Origin: the human T2T-CHM13v2.0 reference genome, Homo sapiens
DNA: 64,000 bases
NCBI RefSeq assembly: GCF_009914755.1
Contig: NC_060926.1
Strand: one strand, 5' to 3'
The notes below the pieces were generated by a model that worked only from the letters and a program-made list of their open reading frames with translations, did not search any database and had not been told where the DNA came from. How positions within the stretch are numbered: the first letter of the stretch is position 1; each line of letters opens with the position of its first letter. Positions 1 to 12,821 of this stretch are shown piece after piece. A program made the translations under genes and the position numbers.

Positions 1-296
1 GACATAAAAATGAATAAGATAGCTCTTGCTCTCAGAGAGTTTGCAGTTAGGCAAAAATGCAAAATAAAAATAAAGATCATATAGTTAGCAATATATGTAG
101 TAGTCTCTGATATGATACAGAAGAAATTTACTTTCATAATTAGAATATTATACCCAATAAGTTCCACTAATTTATTTATTCCATAAATATTAAATAATCT
201 ACTATATATTGAATGCTAGGTACTTAGTATATGGCAGTGAAGCATACAGACAAAACCCCTTGCTGTTATGTAGCTTATAGTCTAGTGAGAAGACAA

Positions 297-363
297 AGAA
301 AATAAATAAATAAATGAATAAAGAAAGGAACAATTGAATGAATGAACGAATGAATGAATGAAT
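297..363 (+). repeat. (AAAT)n/(GAAT)n microsatellite
   Basis: aataaataaataaatgaataaa...gaatgaatgaacgaatgaatgaatgaatg read directly. Confidence 0.8.
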
Positions 364-1378
364 GGCAAAGAGAAAATGTGCTATGAAGTAGACTTAAGCT
401 ATAATTATACATGTGATTTCTGGGCTTGGGGAGGTTAGTTTCAATTTCATTTCAATAACACGATTAGTTAAAGCATCTTTGAGTAACTGACTAAGAACCT
501 GAAAGTGATGAGCCATACATGTACTTGGAGAAGACAAATAGCGATAGGATAGTGTTTAAATGAAAAATCTTGAGGCAGGAACATCCCTTTCCAATGGAAA
601 GAATGGGATACAATCCAGTTTAGCTGAAGCAGAAAATCTAAAGGAGACTAACAAATGGATGACTCAAGAAAGGTGTCAGGAGCCTGGAACATGTAGAACT
701 TTGTAAGCTATCGTGAAGACTTTGGTATTTTTCACTGAGAGAGATAGGAAGCCATTGGAGAGTTTGAGTAGATGAGTGACCAGATTTGACTTACAGCTTA
801 AGAGAATTATTCTGGCTGCTGTGTCCAAAATAAACACCAGGGGAGCAAGTGCAGAAGAAAAGACACTAGGTAGGCACTTGATGCACAGTGGGATAAAGAC
901 ACACACTCAGATGCTTGAAATGCTTTGCAGATATAGCTTACAGTACTAACTGATGTATTGGTTATGAGATTTGGGAAAAAGAAAGTAAATGCAGTCCCCA
1001 GGATACCTGCCTTGAGTAGAAAGAGATTGGTGTATCCACTTATACATGTGGGAAAGACTGTGGAAAGAGAAAATTTAGAGATAAAATTGGTACATTTTTC
1101 TATGTGTGAATCTTGAGATGTCAATTACATATTTGTGTGGAATTTAATACACAAACATTTACAGCTCAGTGGAGAGGTCTGTAATGAAGAGGTCAAAAGT
1201 ATTAGAAACCCTAATACTGGATGATGATATAGAAAGAGAGGTATAAATAGAGAGAATAAATTAGGAAGAGAAACAGTAACAAAGAGAGAAATAAGAGAAG
1301 AAAATAAGGCATGACACCATTTGGAGACAGAGAAAGTGAGCTAAAATAGTGAAGTACACTAAATGAAGTAATCAATGA

Positions 1379-1721
<343 letters not shown>

Positions 1722-3840
1722 TAGAATTTTCTTTTTTAAGTGAAGCCAAGTGAAGAAAGTATTTCAATGAGAAGATAGGGAAACCATAAATTCCCACTAA
1801 TAAATTGAATAACTGGAAAAATCCATAGATTATGAGTGCGTAGTCATGAATTATTACATGTATTAGACAATCTATAATGTGTTGCATACAGAGTATGCAA
1901 AGTGGTAGGAATTTGTACCCTACAATATAGCTAGACGAATACCATATTTTTTATTAGTCATAAATTATCTACAGTAATAATTTTATCTTTCTCCTTTAAT
2001 GGAAATATAATATTTTAACATTTTACAGGTCACAATACATTCATTTAAATACATTTAAATTATAATTTTTAAATGAACAACTATAATAAATATCACAAAA
2101 TGTTTTAATAAACATTCATCATCCAACTTTTTTTCTGTAGAGTTCTACTATACACAAATATAATGAGTGATGGTGAGATCTATTCCCTATGGAGAAATAG
2201 CTATGCACCAAATTTTAGTCATATTCTGTTATTGAACACTCAAATGTGTATAGGTAAATGAAGAAAATCTACATTTTCTTGGCTTTATTAAGCCATCTTT
2301 GCTGCACATATTTAACTTAAACTTGCAAGAAACAGAAATAGCATCTTTTTCTTAAGGTTATAATGATAGTCTACATCTGCTAGAAAGTACAATACAGACA
2401 AGGAATTGTCAGAAATATATTTATGCAATGACATCAATGTGAATGTAGTTATAATATTTATTGCTGCAAATAAAATACAATAAAGTATACAAAGAACACA
2501 TAAATCTTAAATAATTTGGTATTTACAAGTTATTTTATAAGATTAAAAATTTGAATGGTAAAATATTTTGTAAATTAAACAAAAACCAAATAAAATGTAA
2601 AAATGTGTTTGTCCAAAGGATTATATGTATATTTCTATTAATTGTGCAAATTATCTCTATAGATTTCCTTAGAAACCTTTGAGAAAAAAAATATAACCTT
2701 ACAAGTCATAGAACATACTATGATAAACTCACAAGATGATGTATTAAACGGTACTCAAATAATCCTAAGAAGTAAAATTGGTTATATTTCTTAAGTTTCT
2801 GAAATTATTCCTGAGAGATTTTATAAATAAAAATGTAAAAATCCGTCATCATGAAAAAACTCCAGTGGCATAAATAACATTTCATGATTAAATTAAATAA
2901 ATTGAAAAAGGATGTAGAAAATTTTTTTCATCATGATGTTGCTGTTTGGTGGATAAAATTTTTTATTGTAATTCATAAGTAAAACAATCTTAGGAAATAG
3001 ATATATTTCCTGTCTCATCCAGAAACACATGCTTTTCATATTCACATTTCAAACTAACCAAAGAGTGTATTTTACAAAGGTTCATAAAGAGAGCTAGCAG
3101 GAAAATCGACTTGTCCTTAGTCATACCAACTGTTGCCAATCTTAAGTAACTCTAGGAGAAGTTTCATCTCACACAGGCAACAGCTGCAGGACTCTGATGA
3201 GCCTCCAGAGTGGCCTTGTGTGCCCAACATTTTTGTTTTCTACTTAAAAATCAACTGACCAGGATGTGCCTGAGTACACGCAGTTCTAACCAAATGCCTA
3301 ATGCTATTTTATGATGCCTTGAATTTTATTACCGAGCATCCTTTGAAATACGACGCATGCCATTTTTCTTTAATATCTAATTCTAAAAGCAAAGGAAGAT
3401 AGCTTAATTTCCTTGTATGTTTCATCAGTAAGGCAAAGAATCATGTTGGAAGCATAAAGCAATGCACTCCTAGGTAACAAAGTACCACTTAGCAAATTAT
3501 CATGAAAAGAAATGCCAAATTGGCGTAAGGTAAAACAAAACCAGCAAGAGAAAGTTAAATTAAAAAATCATGGTCAATTCATTTTTTATTAGAAAAGACA
3601 CAATGTCATTATACAATTCTATTTTCATACTAAATCTTTGTGGAAAACATAATTAGAATAAACAATGATGAGAGAGAACAGATTCATAATCTTAACATCT
3701 ATGGTTAGCATCTTGATCACAATCTTTTCTGATACACTCACAAATTAGGATTTGCGAGTCAATCCTCACAAATCAAACATGGTGCTTATAAATTCACTTT
3801 TTCACATTAGCGTTCTATCCTCACCTAAATTTTTCTTCTC

Positions 3841-4046
3841 TTTTTTTTTTTTTAACTTTTACTTTAGATGTAGAGGTACATGTACAGGATAGTTACATAG
3901 GTAAACTGTGTGTCATGGGGGTTTGTGGTACAGGTTAGTCGCTCACGTAATCAGCATAGTACCTAATAGGTATTTTTTAAAAATTCTATCCCTCCTGCCA
4001 CCCTTCACTCTCAAGTAGACCATGGTGCTATTGTTCCCTTCTTTGT

Positions 4047-4049
<3 letters not shown>
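3841..4049 (-). mobile_element. Old L1PA (about PA13-16) 3' UTR fragment
   Basis: Poly-T then aacttttactttagatgtagaggtacatgtacagg...catagtacctaatagg...cccttctttgtgtc, the antisense L1 3' end. Confidence 0.8.
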
Positions 4050-4410
<361 letters not shown>

Positions 4411-4967
4411 CTAACAATGTTCCTTTTCAGATCCAGGAAGCTTTTTATTTTACCATGGGCTTACAAATAATTGTAGCAAATAAGCATGACCATGATTCTG
4501 TTGTTTAAAAAATCAGAGCTGTTTATGTAGCTGATTTTTTTTTTTAATGGGACACAGTGTTATAAAATTTCAGTAATTTTATCAGCAACTCCTCAGCCAT
4601 TGAGTATTTCTTAATGAACTAACCATTAGGAATACAAAAATGTTTTCTTCTTACTTTAAGGGTTGCATTCTTCAACTAGGCAGGCATAATCATGTTTGGG
4701 CACATTGATTATGCTTTTGTGTAGTGAAGCTTGAGTCAATTAAAGACCTGAATTTTATAGCAAGCAATGATAATCTCTCTTTTAAAGCATGTTTTCTGAA
4801 AATCTGAAGGAAGAGGAGGGAGAGAATAAGGAGGAAGGAGAGGGAGAGAAAGAGAGAGGGTAAATTAAAATAAAACAAGTTATGTTAGCAATATTAGCCA
4901 CTATGCGATAACCTTTAGGTCTTGCTTTCTCTAAACCAAACAATTAAAACAATTAAAACCATCATAC

Positions 4968-5119
4968 ATATTTCTCTCTAAATATATGCTATATTTAGAG
5001 AGAAATATAAATACTATATTTAGAGAGAAATATAAATACTATATTTAGAGAGAAATATATATATACTATATTTAGAGAGAAATATATATATACTATATTT
5101 AGAGAGAAATATAAATATA
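4968..5119. repeat. 25-27 bp minisatellite (5 copies) preceded by one inverted copy
   Basis: Unit tatatttagagagaaatata(aa/tata)tac starts at 4990, 5015, 5040, 5067 and 5094; 4968-4986 is the exact reverse complement of 4990-5008. Confidence 0.95.
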
Positions 5120-5777
5120 GTATAGAACATAACATTTAAATTCTGGCTAAAACATAATTTACTTCTGGAAAGTCTACAGCAGCCTATTACAATGGAGAGT
5201 GAAGTTGTATGGGTACCCACTCCTTTGCTAATCCTTTATTTCACCATACATTGATTATGAGGGTCAAAATAGTGAGTTATTTCTTCAGGTTGCATGTGGC
5301 TTTTCTGGATCTTTTTGTTTCACATTACGCTTCCTCTACTTTATTTATTTTCCACTCTTGGCATTAGGCATTCCCTAGATACTCATTATGCCACTAAGAA
5401 AAATGAATATAATTGAGAAATCAAGTTAGAATCTGCAGCTGCTTCCTTCCCATCTATCAACTCTACCCTCTACTTCTGTACATGGCCAAAGAGCTTAATT
5501 TGTCATGATTCTCAAGTTCTCCAGCAACTCAATGAACCTTACATAATATACTAATCTAACTAAATATATTTGACATCTTTGTCTTTTTAGTAACACGTCT
5601 GATTATAAAGTTACATAGTAACATAAACTCATGATAACAGGAGAAATAGAACTCATTTCTGCTCTCAATATATTTTTAAAAAATTACTCAAATGCCAAGC
5701 TTCTGAGTGACAATTCATAGTGTAAATGAGTAGTTACATGATTTTTTTGTGTGAAATTAATCACATTTTTCCTAAAT

Positions 5778-5961
5778 AGTGTTGACAGATAAAATGCAGA
5801 GTGCCTAGGTAAATTTGAACTTCAGATAAAACAGTGAAGAATTGTTTTCATATAAGAATATCCCAATTATTGTATGGAACATAAGTATCAAACATATTTC
5901 TTATCTATCTGATATTCAAATTTTACTGGGTGTCCAATGTATGTTTATGTTCTGGAATCCT
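5778..5961. mobile_element. MER53 palindromic DNA-transposon MITE
   Basis: agtgttgacagataaaatgcag...aaatttgaacttcagataaa and its inverted partner tatctgatattcaaattttactgggtgtcc...ctggaatcct match recalled MER53. Confidence 0.85.
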
Positions 5962-6504
5962 TTAATAGGGGTTAGCTAAAATCAGTGTGTTTTCTCTACT
6001 TTGGAGAGATGAAATTAGTTCTCTCTCTCCTCCCAGGTGTTGTTTCTGGACCATTTTCCTCATCTCCAAAATCAAATAAATAAGAGAGAGAGAAAAAAAA
6101 ATCACTTTAAATATGTTCCCTTTAGGCACACCTATTTTCTTCCCTCCTAAAAAAATATAATCTTCTGACCTCTAACAATCATTTTAGATTCAAAACCTTA
6201 TATTCTTACCACATTTCATTCTTCAATTTGGTCGCTTGCCTTACAATCTCAGTTTTCTGATTAGTTCAAGGAAATTTATTATTTGCAGAGTGGTTTAGAG
6301 TGATGCCTTTCAAAACGAGGGTTTTGAAACTGGGGTTGTATTATTTTTAGTTTACAATAGCCATGTTTCAAGCAACTATATTCTTGTAGGATTTTCAAGA
6401 GAGTATGTCATCAAACTTTTGGATATTGCCCATCTGATAGGTGAAAATACCTCATAGTATTTTTGTTAGCATTACATTAAATTTATAAATAAACAAACAC
6501 ACAC

Positions 6505-8292
6505 ATTTTCTTTATCTATCTTTCCTTTGATGGACCCTTAGGTTGACTGGACAAGAGTGGACATCCTTGTCTTGTTTCTGATCTTGGAGAAAAAGCTTTC
6601 AACTTTTCATCATTGTGTGTAATGTTATCTATGGATTTGTCATATATGGCCTTTACCGGGTTGAGGTATATTCCTTTTATTCCTAATTTGTTGAGTTTTA
6701 TAATAAAAAGATATGAAGTTTTTAAAATGCTTTGTCTGCATCCACTGAGATAATCCTATTATTTTTCCCTTCATTCTCTAAATGTGATATATCACATTAA
6801 TTTATTGGCATATGTCAAATCTTCCTTGCAACAAGGGGATAAATCCTAGTTGATCATGGTGTTTGATTTTTCTAATGTGCTATTGAATTCAGATTTATAA
6901 AAATTTGTTGAGAATGTGTGCATCAATGTTAACAGAGATGTTGGCCTGTAGTTTTCTTTTCTTGTAGTGTTCTTGTTTGGCTTTTGTGAGAGAGTAATGG
7001 CGATCTTCTAAAATAAATTTAGTAGTTTTTCCTCCTCTTCAGGTTTTTCAAGTGTTTGAGAATAGGTATTAGTTGTTACTTAAATGTTTAGTAGAATTCA
7101 GCATTGAAGCCATCAGGTTCTGAGGGTTTTTTTGGTTGTTGTTGTGAGGTTTCTGATTACTGATTTAATATTCTCACTTGTTATTGAACTGTTTAGATTT
7201 TCTATTTCTTCATTGTTCAGTCTTGGCAGGGTGCATATTTCTTGAAATTTATTCATTGCTTCTGGGTTATCCTATTTGCCCACATATAATTCTCATCAGT
7301 AGTCTCTTAAATTATTTGCATTTCTTTTACATGAGTTGGAATGTCTCTTCTTTGATTAATAATTTTATTTATTCAAGCCCTCCCTCTTTTTGTCTTGGCG
7401 GGTCAAGCTAAAATTTGTCAATTTTATTTATCTTTTCAGAAAACCAACTGAGTTTTGTTGATTATTTATATTTTTTCTACTTCCAATTTTATTTGTATTT
7501 TCCCTGATATTTGTTACGTCTTTTATTCTGCTAACTTTTGACTTAATTTTTTAAGTTGCTTCTTGGAGGTTTAAAGTTAGATTGTTTATTTGAGATCTTT
7601 CATTTTTCTTAGTGTAAGAATTTATCATTCTAAAGTTCCTTCTTAGAATTTCTTTTGCTGCATTTGGTATCTTGTGCTTCCATTTTCATTTCTATCAATA
7701 ATTTTTAAAATTTTGCTTTGATTTCCTCTATAACCCACTGGTTGTCCAATAATATGTTGTTTATTTTTCACATATTTATACATTTTTAAATTTTTCACCT
7801 GTTACTGATTCTAGTTTCATTGCACTGTGGTTGACTGAGATATTTGATATGATTTTGATATTCTTAACTTTATTGGGACTTGTTCTGTTGCCTAACATAT
7901 GATGTATCATGGAGGTTGTTACATATGTGCTTAAGAAGAACGTGTCTTCTGCTGCTGTTGTCCCCAGGTTTTCTGTGGTAGGCCTGAAGCTGGGTTTATG
8001 ATGAAATCAGATACTCAATTCACTCTCCTTTATTTACGCAAAGGATATCTCTCTCCATACTGTGCTTTCCAGGCTTGTGAGAGGAATGATGCAGATAATC
8101 TGAAACTGTCCTTTCTAACATTTTTAATACATTAATTTTAATTTCCATGTTAATCTTTGGTACTGTAACATCTTATCTGCATCCTTTAGTTCTGTGAAAG
8201 TATTTTTGTGGATGGATAATTGTTCAAACTGACGTTTCTGTGAGGAGATAATTGCTGAAAAGTCTTAATCCATCATTTTGCTGCGGTCACTC
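6505..8292 (-). mobile_element. L1M (MA/MB-age) ORF2 region joined to an L1M 5' end, internally deleted
   Basis: Antisense ORF2 (gagtggacatccttgtcttgtttctgatctt..., gtagaattcagcattgaagccatc) to about 7960, then 5'UTR-like sequence ending ccatcattttgctgcggtcac. Confidence 0.75.
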
Positions 8293-8299
8293 TCCTGCC

Positions 8300-9550
8300 A
8301 ATTTTGTTTTAGATATTGTCTATTAGTATCAGTTTTTTATTCTATTTACTCAATTCTCTTTAGATACAATTTAAAAATCCAATACAATTATTTACATTTT
8401 CCCACAGTTATAACATTTTTGTGTTCTTCATTTACTTTCATAAATTTTGTTTTTTATAAGGTATCATAATTTTATGCCTAATGAAGTGCCTTTAACAATA
8501 CTTATAGTCTATGTCTTCTGTCGGTAAATACCCACTTCGTGTTTATCTGAAAATGAATTATTTGCCTTTATGTTTAAAAGTTATTTCACTGGGAACATAA
8601 TTCTAGGTTAACACTTCTTTTTTTTCCCCCTGTGCTTTAGAGATTATCTCATGATTCATTTCTCCGACTTGCATAGTTTCTGAAGAAAAGTCTGCTCTCA
8701 TTTTAATCCTATTTAGATAATATGTGATATTTCTTTTTTCTCTAGCTGCCTTCAAGGTTTTCTTTTTATCTTCAGTCTTCAGAAATTAGACTATAATACA
8801 CTAGGTTATTATTATCATTTTATCCTACTTGTGTTTCTCTGAGCTTCAGGTACACCTAGGTTTTTTACTTTTGTGAAACCTGGAAAATTCTAATTCTTTC
8901 AAATTGATTATGTATCTCTCTCTCTCTCTCTCACTCTCTTTGCACTGCTTTCAGTGTTTCAATTATATGTATGTATCATACAGACCATTTATGTTATTAA
9001 ATATTGTACAGAGCATTTATATTCTTACACAGGTGCTGGATGCTTTGTTCTTTTTTCACTTATGTTTCAATTTGGAGAATTTATATTTGTTTATCTTCAC
9101 GTCAACTGATATACTAGTCTTCTTCGTCAGTTCTGGTAATAATCCCATCAAAGGAATTCACCTTTGATAACTGTGTTTTTCATTTCTGCCATTTCAGTTT
9201 TACCCTGTTTTATAGTTCTGAAATTCCTAGTCTCTTCCAAATATGTTGTCTTATTTTTCAAGATTATTTAACACATTTTTCATAGCTATTTTTGTTTTCA
9301 TTCTGATAGAACATGTGGTCCATCTCCATGTCTCTTTTTGTTCTATTATATCTGTTAATAATAGGTTGTAGTTCTTTTGCATTTTTGTGAATAGCCTTAT
9401 TTCCATTTTAATTCTAAACACTGTGTGCAAAAGAACAGATACTGGAAATAATATTTCTGTTTGACATGTGTTTTCTTCTGTCTGAATATCAGTGTCGGGA
9501 GTGGAATCTTGTAAATCTGTAGCTGATCTGGAATTGGTTTATATTGTATA
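8300..9550 (-). mobile_element. Ancient L1M (ME/MD-type) ORF1 region
   Basis: T-rich antisense ORF1 motifs (ttatttcactgggaacataattctaggtt, tctgaagaaaagtctgct, tctagctgccttcaagg). Confidence 0.6.
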
Positions 9551-9552
9551 GT

Positions 9553-10091
9553 CAGTAATCATTACCTGTAGTAGTTATGTTCTAAAATGTTTCCAGACAC
9601 CGAACCATTGCTTCTAGGAAAAATATAGATCTAGGTTCCTGAGAGCTTCTGGTTACATTTTTATTAACCAATCAATATATGACTTTGTTTCATTTGTTTT
9701 CCTGTGTAAAGACAACTTATTTAATATAACAAAGAGAATCTAACGTAGGCATTTTCTCTGTAAGGCACATCCTAGCCTTCTGCTTCCAAACACTAAACAC
9801 ACTTTAGCACAATACTTAGGGGCCAAAATAAAAATAAGAATAAAAAAACTGTATTATTAAGTAATCCTTGGAAAGGATGCATTTACAATATAAGGTCTGA
9901 AACAAGAAAGTAGAATATTTCCCTGTTTGACCTCATCTGGGAATGCGTGCATCAAGAAACTCAAAATTTTCACTCCTCTGTGCAGTCCCAAATAACTATA
10001 AAAGTGCTACAAGCATGCACTTTGAAATGACAAATAATTTTTAGCAGGCAGGTGAATTTGCAAATAATCCACAAATAGCGAGGTTTGACTA
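9553..10091 (-). mobile_element. MER82 (TcMar-Tigger) DNA transposon
   Basis: gtagttatgttcta, gaaccattgcttctagg, ctgaaacaagaaag, tttgacctcatctgggaa and gcaggtgaatttgcaaata match the recalled MER82 antisense sequence. Confidence 0.8.
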
Positions 10092-10220
10092 TGTTTGTGT
10101 GGTGACTTTCAATGTACCATATGCTTCAAGGTCATGAATTTGCAAATAAAGAAGCCACAGATAGTGAGGACTGACTATGTTAGTGTGATGGCTTTCAATG
10201 TACCATATGCTTCAAGGTCA
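10053..10220 (+). repeat. Tandem duplication, about 82+86 bp
   Basis: tgaatttgcaaataa...ctttcaatgtaccatatgcttcaaggtca occurs at 10053-10134 and 10135-10220. Confidence 0.92.
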
Positions 10221-10224
10221 TTGT

Positions 10225-11550
10225 GTTCAGAGCAGTAACTTCAAAAAAAAATGGGGTTAAGTTGCTTGCTTGTGCTTGATATGAGGCCTAGAGGGCTTGA
10301 AGAGTTTTTCTCAGTATTCCACTTCATCCCCCAGATGCAGCGGACTATGCACACCTACATCACAAAAGAAATCTCTCTTCCCCATTGGTGCGTGCTACTT
10401 AATTCAATGTTCATAGTGAGTTCATAGGAGTTCCTCAGTTCTCTTTTCTTTAGACTCAGTCTTAGGTAGGCACTGTGTAACCATGACTTGGAAACAACAC
10501 TTATATAACACTCCTGCCTATTTCCCAGGGGCAAACAAAAAATGCTTACTATTCATTATAGGCTGTAAATCAAGGCTATAAAACATTTTCCATAAATAAT
10601 CAGATAGAAAGTAGTTTAAGCTTTTAGTCACATACACTAATTAAAAAATACTTTATAAAATGTAAAAACGCATTCTCAGCTCACGGACCTGCCAAAAATG
10701 GACTGAGGCATGGAATGAGCTCCAGACTCTAGCCAGCCCACGGGCACTTAGCGCAGGTTGTTAGTACTTAGCACAGGTTCTTTTCCTGTGCTTCCCACCT
10801 GTGGCAGGTTAACTCTGCCTTGAATCAGCAGGGATTTTGGGACATGAGCAAGCATGTTTCTGCTACACAAGCAGTAGGGTCTTGTAATCTAGTGTCAATA
10901 AAAAGTTCTGAGGGAGTGAGTACATTTTCTACCCTTCCTTAAAAGCAGCACACAATTAATTGGTATCATGTAGAGGACAAGGGCACAGGCAGGTTTTATG
11001 CCTGTAAATCAGTGGTTGTCAATCTTCACCTTACATACAAGCAGATTATGGATGTATGTTTTCAAAGTATATTGCCTCTACCCTCACACATTGGAAAGTC
11101 CTGAATATCTGTACCATGAAGGGAGCCTTAGATCTCTTTCCTTGTACCCGTGTTTTCCAGAAGGATGCTACAAAAGCGTATGGAAATTCCTGGCAGGTAG
11201 ATGCATGCTGTCCTGTGTCTGGGACACATATAAATTCTAAATTGCAATGTTAGACTTTGCCCAGCTTTTGAAAAGTTTTTTTTAACAGTTCTGTTCTTTT
11301 TTCTTACCCACTTTTAAGGCTTCCATTTGTTTTCTCCCATGCTTTACCCAAGCTAAAAATAAATAATATGACTTGTCTCTCCTTAGAGTAACTTGTTACT
11401 CATTGGAATTCAGTTTGTAAGATTGCCTTGGGATCACAGCTTTCTGGTGGACTGAAATTGTTATGTACATTCTTTTTCATCTTTCACATTTTTTCTTACT
11501 GTTAGAATAGCCTTCCCTTGTGGCCTTCTCTATTCAGAGTGGAAGCAGAT
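10225..11550 (-). mobile_element. Ancient L1M 5' region (diverged), containing a MER58
   Basis: Ends with an L1ME-like 5' terminus (tttttcttactgttagaatag...ttctctattcagagtggaagc). Weak similarity. Confidence 0.45.
10571..10745. mobile_element. MER58C/D-like hAT-Charlie MITE
   Basis: cagatagaaagtagtttaagctttt...aaaatgtaaaaacgcattctcagctcacggacc resembles MER58C. Confidence 0.6.
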
Positions 11551-11571
11551 CTTTCAAAGATATTTAATTAA

Positions 11572-11621
11572 TATTTTTATATGTATTTTGATTTACATAT
11601 TTTATATGTATTTTGATTTAC
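11572..11621 (+). repeat. 25-bp tandem duplication
   Basis: ttttatatgtattttgatttac occurs twice in tandem. Confidence 0.85.
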
Positions 11622-12599
11622 TTTGTTGATCCCATATTTTGCTTTATCTATTTTACTTTGAGAATGAACTAAATTGCACGGAACCTCATTTGAGTACCCT
11701 TAATAATAAGACCAAGAACATCACCTTCTCAGTCAAGGAACTTCCACTGTTGTATATCCACACAGACGTTATTGGCTTTTTTTCTATAAACATATTGAAC
11801 ATTATGAAGGTATGAAGGTATGAAGGAATGCTAACTGTGTTGGATTCAGCAACATTCTCTCCAGAATAAGCACACTTCTTTTGTCACACCAAGAATTAAA
11901 GAGGTTGTGGACACTATTCTACTTCTGTGCCCGTAAGAATAACAATCAAACCTATTTTATATCTTTACTATATTTTACAAGAGGGATGTATCCATGAACT
12001 CTCACCATGATTGTCTTTAAACCAGGGACTTACGACTTTATTCATCATCCAAATATCCCTTTTTGTTCCATTTATTCTGTTTTTCTTCTTTCTTTTAAAA
12101 ATTCATTTATGTAAATCTATTTTTCACGTTTTATTTTTTATTATATTTATGTTTTATTTTATTTAAAATTCATTTTTCACTTCTTATTTTTCTTTCTGTA
12201 CCAATTTTCTGTAATCTGTCTTCTTGGCCCACCCCAGGATTAAAAGTAGTTAATCTAATAGAGTTATGTGAACACATTTGGCATGTGCAACCCAGCATTA
12301 GAGTGTCGGAAGTTTATCAGAATTCACAATGAGTTGAGTCTTCAGTTTTTTAGGGATACCAGAAACATATGAGTTAAGCTAGCCTAATAAAGGGGTGAAA
12401 CATAATCGAACTAAGTTAGCCCATAACTAAAGCTTGCATTTCAGTGACTGTTTCTTCTCTTTCTTTCAGTTGGCTTAGAATTACAATCAGGAGAAAGGAA
12501 TGTTCTTTTGCTAATGAAAGAGGAGAAATTGGCAATGTTCCAGTCCCAAGTCTAGGCCTCGGGAGGCTTGCATTTTGCCAAATTATGATCCCCTTCTCA

Positions 12600-12821
12600 G
12601 CTGCTGCTCTTTCAGCATGGACGCTATCACAAACACATGGAAAATGGCCTTCCCTAGTTAATCCCAGCCAAACCAAACCCAGGTGCAAACTAGAGCCACA
12701 CAGCCAAACCCACCCTACACCAACCATTCCCAGCTGAACTGTATCCATGAGAATAAATTATTGTGGTTTTTCAGGCACGTGGTGGCATGTAGCATTTTTG
12801 TAGTAATAACTAGCTGATACA
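12600..12821 (+). mobile_element. MLT1J-like MaLR LTR 3' part
   Basis: Ends gagaataaattattgtggttt...gcatttttgtagtaataactagctgataca, the MLT1-type terminus. Confidence 0.6.

Noticed and set aside
4990-5119. CRISPR-like regularly spaced repeats
   Set aside because: No unique spacers, no cas genes and a eukaryotic context; it is a minisatellite.
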